Shown here piece by piece: positions 58,738 to 64,000 of a stretch of DNA of 64,000 nucleotides. The stretch is from the NCBI GenBank assembly GCA_029101205.1, contig JAQXQO010000134.1, forward strand, positions 45,281-109,280. Direction: 5' to 3'. The number at the start of each line of letters is the position of its first letter. Positions within the stretch are counted from its first letter, which is position 1. Source of the stretch: Coriobacteriales bacterium. GTDB taxonomy: Bacteria; Actinomycetota; Coriobacteriia; Coriobacteriales; Atopobiaceae. A model generated the notes under the pieces. That model did no database searches. It was not told the DNA's origin and saw nothing but the letters and a program-made list of their open reading frames with translations. Position numbers and translations under genes: made by a program.

Positions 58738-59649
58738 ATGCACGTAACCGAAGGGTACATGCCCTACCTGGGATATCGCACGTATTACCGCATCGTCCAT
58801 CCCGACAAGCCCGACCCGAGCAAGGCCCCGCTGCTTCTGCTGCACGGCGGCCCCGGCTCGACGCACAACTACCTGGAGGTCCTGGACTGCGCGGCCGACA
58901 TGGACAACCGCACGCTGGTGATGTACGACCAGCTGGGGTGCGGCCTCTCGTGGGACGACCGCATGGCCGACCACCCCGAGCTGTGGACCTACGAGACCTG
59001 GAACCGGGAGCTCGTAGCCATGCGCCAGCACCTGCAGCTGGACCGCTGCCACCTGCTGGGGCAAAGCTGGGGTGGCATGCTGGCGATCGAGTACCTGGTG
59101 GACTATCAGCCGGAGGGCATCTGCTCGGCGGTGCTTTCCAGCACGCTGAGCAGCAGCCGCCTGTGGAGCGAGGCGCAGCACCGCCGCGTGCGCTACCTGC
59201 CGCCCGACGAGCGAGAGGCGGTCAGGCGCGCCGACCAGACGGGCAACTACGACGACCCCGCATTCCGGAAGTCCGAGGCGCACTTCATGCGCCGCCACTG
59301 CTGCAGCGAGCCCGGGCCCGACTCGCCCGAGTGCCTGCGCCGCCCGAAGCGCGCCGGAACCGAGAGCTATCTGGCGACGCAGGGCGAAAGCGAGATCACA
59401 GCCACGGGCATATTCCGCACGTGGGACTACACGGACAAGCTGGGCCAGATCAAGCCGCCGTGTCTGGTCATCAGCGGTACCGAGGACCTGTGCGACGCCT
59501 ACGTGGCAAAGACGCTGTACGACGGCATCCCCCGCTCGCGGTGGGAGCTCATGCCGGGATGCCGCCACATGTGCTACGTGGACAACACCCCCGGCTACCT
59601 GCGCGTGCTTCTGCCCTGGCTCAACGCGCACGACGAGGTCAGCTACTAG
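58738..59649 (+). CDS. pip: Proline iminopeptidase family hydrolase
   Basis: LHGGPGSTHNY, YDQLGCG, GQSWGG, RHMCY. Confidence 0.92.
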   Translation: MHVTEGYMPYLGYRTYYRIVHPDKPDPSKAPLLLLHGGPGSTHNYLEVLDCAADMDNRTLVMYDQLGCGLSWDDRMADHPELWTYETWNRELVAMRQHLQLDRCHLLGQSWGGMLAIEYLVDYQPEGICSAVLSSTLSSSRLWSEAQHRRVRYLPPDEREAVRRADQTGNYDDPAFRKSEAHFMRRHCCSEPGPDSPECLRRPKRAGTESYLATQGESEITATGIFRTWDYTDKLGQIKPPCLVISGTEDLCDAYVAKTLYDGIPRSRWELMPGCRHMCYVDNTPGYLRVLLPWLNAHDEVSY

Positions 59650-59680
59650 GGCTACTGGGCATCGGCCGCCCATCATCGGC

Positions 59681-60184
59681 ACCCGCCATCGGCTACCCGC
59701 GCGCCCAGACCCGTTGACTTTGCACTGGCTTCGCGCTCGGAGGTGCAGACAGCCCTGGTGTGGGCGCCCACGGCAGCCGCTTCTGCAGAAATCCTGACGA
59801 GGGTCCCAGGTGTGAGTGCCCAGAACCGGCACTCGGCCACGCGGCTCAAGCCAGGGATCCTAGCTCCGCGCAAACCTGTCGGGTGTGGGTACCCGCAACG
59901 ACCAGGTTTGCGCACGGAGCCAAAGGTCACAACGACCACCTCGGCGCACTAGGCCTCTGACCTGCGGTTTTCCTGGAGCGCCCCGACCCGGCATTTGCCG
60001 CATGCGCAAACCTGTCGGGTGTGGGTACCCGCAGCGGCCATGTTTGCACACGGGTCTCCCCTTTGCGGCGGAGCTTCATCGTCGCCAGTCCCCTGACCAG
60101 GGCTTTTTCACGCGAGTCCCGAGCACGCCTCCCGTGCCTGCGCAAACCCGTCGGGCGCGGGTACCCGCAACGACCATCTTTGCG
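59681..60184. repeat. Phased array of 44-bp symmetric units (locus 2)
   Basis: Units start at 59681 (partial), 59744, 59796 (degenerate), 59869, 60005 and 60141. Confidence 0.9.
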
Positions 60185-60590
60185 CGCGAGAAGGACATAC
60201 GACGAGAAGGGCATCTGGCTACGTCCGCCCCGCTGGCTGCAGCCGCCGCCAGCGGCCCCACACCCGCCCAGCAGCCAAAACGAAGGCCGGACAAGGCCGC
60301 GATTTGACGCTGGCATTGCCCGGCTCATCTCTCCGCCCGCAAATTCTCATTTGCCGACATATTCATTGGTGCAAGAAGCGCAGATCGAGCCCCGCGGCCA
60401 GACCTCGTAGCACGACAGCGTGGCTAGGCCTCGTAGCCCGGCTTCTTGGCTTCTTGGCGCGACCTTGCGGCCAAGCCTCGTAGCTCGACCCCGTAGTACA
60501 GCCTCTCACCCCGACCTCATCGCCGGGAATCGCGGACCCGGCCGCACACCCGAAGCCTCGCGCTCGAGACCTCGCGCTCGAGGCCTCCCG

Positions 60591-61535
60591 CTACGCGTTC
60601 CTCATCTGCAGCGCCTGGTACGCGCAGCCGTACATGGCCGCCTGGTTGCCCAGACTGGCGGGCAGGATGCGCGCGCCCGACGAGGTGGGCAGGCAGTAGC
60701 GCACGTAAGCCGCACGCAGCTGACTGGAGAACAGGTCGAATCCGCCGCCGACGCCGCCGCCGATGAGGTAGACCTCGGGGTCCACGATGGTCGAGATGGT
60801 GGCCAGAGCGAAGCCCAGGTAGTCGGCCATGCCGTCTACGGCCAGCTTCGCCGCGGGATCGTCCGCGCGGTACGCATTGAAGACCGACAGCGTGTCGGTG
60901 GGGCCATCCAGGGCCACGGGGTCAATGCCCTCCAGCTCGCACTCCTCCTTGTACACGCGCACGACGCCCTTGGCCGAGGCGTACTGCTCCAGGCAGCCGT
61001 AGCGGCCGCAGCCACAGGGCAGCGTCTCGTCGCGGTTCACCGTGATGTGGCCAATCTCGCCGCCAGCACCAAACGCGCCCGAGACCAGCTGGCCGTTCAC
61101 GACCACGCCGCCGCCGACGCCCGTGCCCAGCGCCACCAGCACCATGTCGGAGACGCCCTTCGCGGTACCCTGCCATAGCTCGCCCAGGGCAGCGGCATTG
61201 GCGTCGTTCACGAACGCCAGGCAGGCATTGGGGAACTCGTCCAGGATGGCATGCTGCAGACCCTTCGGATCCAGCTCGATGTTGGGCAAGAAGCCCACCT
61301 TGCCGTCGGAGTCCACGGGACCGGGGATGTCCAGGCCAATGGCCACGACGTCGGCGGAGGTGCCGCCGTTGTCTTCCAGCAGCTGCTTCAGACCCTCGGT
61401 CACCTGCGCAAACGCCGCCGTGCTCACCAGCGAGCCCGTCGGTATCTTCGTTACGGCATCCAGGCTGCCCTCCAGGCTGAACAGCCCCACCTTGATGCTG
61501 GTACCACCCACGTCAATGCCCAGTACCCTCTCCAT
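60591..61535 (-). CDS. glk: ROK family glucokinase
   Basis: GIDVGGT, NDANAAALGE, LGTGVGGG, GEIGH...CGCGRYGCLE. Confidence 0.92.
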   Translation of the reverse strand: MERVLGIDVGGTSIKVGLFSLEGSLDAVTKIPTGSLVSTAAFAQVTEGLKQLLEDNGGTSADVVAIGLDIPGPVDSDGKVGFLPNIELDPKGLQHAILDEFPNACLAFVNDANAAALGELWQGTAKGVSDMVLVALGTGVGGGVVVNGQLVSGAFGAGGEIGHITVNRDETLPCGCGRYGCLEQYASAKGVVRVYKEECELEGIDPVALDGPTDTLSVFNAYRADDPAAKLAVDGMADYLGFALATISTIVDPEVYLIGGGVGGGFDLFSSQLRAAYVRYCLPTSSGARILPASLGNQAAMYGCAYQALQMRNA

Positions 61536-61818
61536 CGGTATAGCCCCTCTCGACTTGCGCTGTGCTTCTTGCGCGATTCTGCTGTGATGACAGGAACGTC
61601 CCCGCCTGACGTTCGTTCCATGCCGGTACCGACTATGGACAGCCGACACCGACGATAGTATGGCGCACCAAATCGCTTGTGTGAACGAGGTTTCCCGTGT
61701 GCGTGCCATCACAAGCCCGCAGCGGTATGTCGAGCGCGCTAAACTCTGACTCACCGTCCGGCATGTCCACACATGCATCGTTAGATTCGTCCCCAGCGCA
61801 GGGACCAAAGGAGGCAGC

Positions 61819-63441
61819 ATGGCAGACGAAACGCGGGCCCACGAGGTCTCCGCCACGCACCAGAACAACGAGTCTCAGGCCAACCAGCCGCAGGTAGACG
61901 CCACAAGGCACCCGGAGGGCGCCACCAAGGACGCCCCCTCCTCGCTGCGCGCGGACGTCGAGGCCATAAACAAGCTGGAGCGTCACCTGTACGCTCACCG
62001 CTATGCCGAGAAGAGCTCCGAGACCTACGGCATGACCATCGACCCGCCCAAGGCCACGGCCGACCGAGGGGAGGCCCTGGCCATCCTGTGCGAGGAGGAC
62101 CACGACCTGCTGTGCTCCTCTCGCATGGGCACTACGCTGAACCGCCTGACCGCCAACGCCTCGCAGCTAGACCCCATCACCCGCGCCCAGGTGCGCGTCT
62201 TGAAGCGCTCCTACGACGCCCAGGTGAACGTGGACCCCAACGACGACGCGTCGCTGACCAGGCTCCTGACCGAGTCCGACGGCGTGTGGAGGCGCGCAAA
62301 GCTGTCGAACGACTGGGCCTCGTTCGAGCCCTACCTGGACCGCATCGTCACGCTGATGCGCCGCATAGCCCACGAGCGCGACCCGCGTCGCGACGCATAC
62401 GACGTGTGGCTGGACGAGTACGAGCCCGGCAGCAGCTGCGAGTTCTACGACGACTTCTTTGCCCAGGTGAAAGATGCCGTCGTGCCCCTGCTGATGGACG
62501 TGCGCACGAAGCGCGCCCCCAGCCGCGCGTGCATCGAGGGCCGCTTTGACCCCAACCGCCAGTGGCTGCTGGCAAAAGACATCGCCCAGCTGGAGGGCGT
62601 CGACATGGACGCCTACTGGCTGACCGCGACCGAGCACCCCTTCTCGGAGGCGCTGACCACGCACTACGCCATCACCGCCGCGCACGTGCACGAGAACGAC
62701 GTCATGTCCAACGTGTTCACCATGCTGCACGAGGGCGGCCACAACCTGTACGAGCAGGGCGTGAACCCCGCGTTCAACTACACCTCGCTGTCCGGCGGCT
62801 CCTCGGCGGGCATGCACGAGGGCCAGTCGCGTTTCTTTGAGAACTACGTCGGGCGCGACCGCGCCTTCGCGCCCACGCTGCTGGCGCTGCTACAGCGCCA
62901 CTTCCGCGGCCAGATGAACCGCACCACGCCGCAGCAGCTGTACCTGGCGGTCAACCGCGTCGAGCCGCAGCCGCTGCGCATGGAGGCCGACGAGCTGACC
63001 TACCCGCTGCACATCCTGGTGCGCTACGAGATCGAGCGCATGCTGTTCTCGGGCGAGGCCACGGCGAAGGATGTGCCCGGCCTGTGGAGCCAGAAGTACA
63101 AGAGCTACCTGGGCGTGCTGGTGCCCGACGACACGCACGGCGCGCTGCAGGACAGCCACTGGGCCGACGGCCTGATGGGGTACTTCCCCGGCTACGCCCT
63201 GGGCGGCGCCTACGGCGCCCAGCTGCGCGACCAGATGATTGCCGACGGGCTGGACTGGGAGGGCACGCTGTCCTCCGGCGACCTGGCGCCCATCCGCGAC
63301 TGGCTGCGCGACCGCATCTGGCAGTACGGCCGCTCGAAGGACCCGGCGGAGCTCATCTGGAGCGCCTGCCACGAGCACTTCGACGCCACGCACTACACGA
63401 ACTACCTGCAGCAGAAGTTCTCGAAGCTGTACAACCTCTAG
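61819..63441 (+). CDS. Carboxypeptidase M32
   Basis: HPF, LHEGGH, HEGQSRF, RMEADE, QDSHW, GYFPGYALG. Confidence 0.94.
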   Translation: MADETRAHEVSATHQNNESQANQPQVDATRHPEGATKDAPSSLRADVEAINKLERHLYAHRYAEKSSETYGMTIDPPKATADRGEALAILCEEDHDLLCSSRMGTTLNRLTANASQLDPITRAQVRVLKRSYDAQVNVDPNDDASLTRLLTESDGVWRRAKLSNDWASFEPYLDRIVTLMRRIAHERDPRRDAYDVWLDEYEPGSSCEFYDDFFAQVKDAVVPLLMDVRTKRAPSRACIEGRFDPNRQWLLAKDIAQLEGVDMDAYWLTATEHPFSEALTTHYAITAAHVHENDVMSNVFTMLHEGGHNLYEQGVNPAFNYTSLSGGSSAGMHEGQSRFFENYVGRDRAFAPTLLALLQRHFRGQMNRTTPQQLYLAVNRVEPQPLRMEADELTYPLHILVRYEIERMLFSGEATAKDVPGLWSQKYKSYLGVLVPDDTHGALQDSHWADGLMGYFPGYALGGAYGAQLRDQMIADGLDWEGTLSSGDLAPIRDWLRDRIWQYGRSKDPAELIWSACHEHFDATHYTNYLQQKFSKLYNL

Positions 63442-63493
63442 TGGCACGGCAGCCGGCAGCACGGCAGCCGGCAACACGGCCTTTGGCAGCCAG

Positions 63494-63518
63494 GGCCCCG
63501 CGCGAGCGGGGCCTTTTT
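63494..63518 (+). terminator. Terminator-like hairpin between the M32 gene and dtd
   Basis: GGCCCCGC-GCGA-GCGGGGCC-TTTTT. Confidence 0.7.
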
Positions 63519-63531
63519 CGAAAGGAGACCC

Positions 63532-63996
63532 ATGAGGGCAGTGATCCAGCGCGTGGAGCGAGCCAGCGTGGAGGTGGACAGGCGGACCGTGGGCTCATGC
63601 GGCCATGGACTGCTCATACTGCTGGGTGTGGCGCCCGACGACACCCCTGACACCGTTCGCAGGCTGTGGGGCAAAATCGCAAAGTTGCGCATCTTTGCCG
63701 ACCCTCAGGGCCGCACGAACCTCAGCCTACTGGACGTGGGCGGCGAGGTGCTCGTGGTCAGCCAGTTCACGCTGTTTGCCGACTGCCGCAAGGGCAACCG
63801 CCCCTCGTTCACCGACGCGGCCAAGCCCGAGCTGGCCAACCAGCTGTACCAGCAATTTTGCCAAACCGCCCAACAGGACGTGACCCACGTGGGCCAGGGC
63901 GTCTTTGGGGCAAACATGCGCGTAAGCCTGGTGAACGACGGCCCGTTCACCGTGTGCCTGGACACGGAGCAACTGTCCGGCTCACGCCGCCGATAG
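63532..63996 (+). CDS. dtd: D-aminoacyl-tRNA deacylase
   Basis: MRAVIQRV, VSQFTL, GNRPSF, NDGPFT. Confidence 0.96.
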   Translation: MRAVIQRVERASVEVDRRTVGSCGHGLLILLGVAPDDTPDTVRRLWGKIAKLRIFADPQGRTNLSLLDVGGEVLVVSQFTLFADCRKGNRPSFTDAAKPELANQLYQQFCQTAQQDVTHVGQGVFGANMRVSLVNDGPFTVCLDTEQLSGSRRR

Positions 63997-64000
63997 CGCA

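Noticed and set aside
59673-60410. ORFs with repeated CGYPQRP peptides
   Set aside because: Translations of the palindromic DNA units; the 136-bp pitch is not a multiple of three.

Overview
High-GC bacterial chromosome segment. Gene content suggests Coriobacteriia, probably Atopobiaceae/Olsenella-like (inference). It holds about 50 CDS: housekeeping genes (pheS/pheT with a Phe T-box, pyk, D-LDH, rsgA, fbp class III, nagA, ROK glucokinase, dtd, ferritin, several peptidases), tRNA-Phe(GAA), a 12.4 kb Tad/Flp pilus cluster, and a 14.7 kb maltose/alpha-glucoside cluster with repeated TreR-type operators. There is no CRISPR array, transposase or integrase. The most unusual signal is non-coding. 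Two intergenic loci between convergent genes (51.1-51.9 kb and 59.7-60.2 kb) carry a family of 44-bp symmetric units, YGCARA-N12-GGGYRCCC-N12-TYTGCR. Nearly all unit spacings are whole multiples of about 10.45 bp, and a CTGACCWGSGNTTTT-like motif is held in register in the linkers. A related array sits at 31.6-31.8 kb. Other oddities: a barstar-like/beta-carbonic anhydrase fusion, an XRE-HTH/GH13 in-frame fusion, an alpha-glucoside PTS followed by a HAD phosphatase rather than a GH4, a deleted cyanide dihydratase-like nitrilase, and two probable pseudo-enzymes. Protein family calls come from motif recognition by eye; no database search was run.
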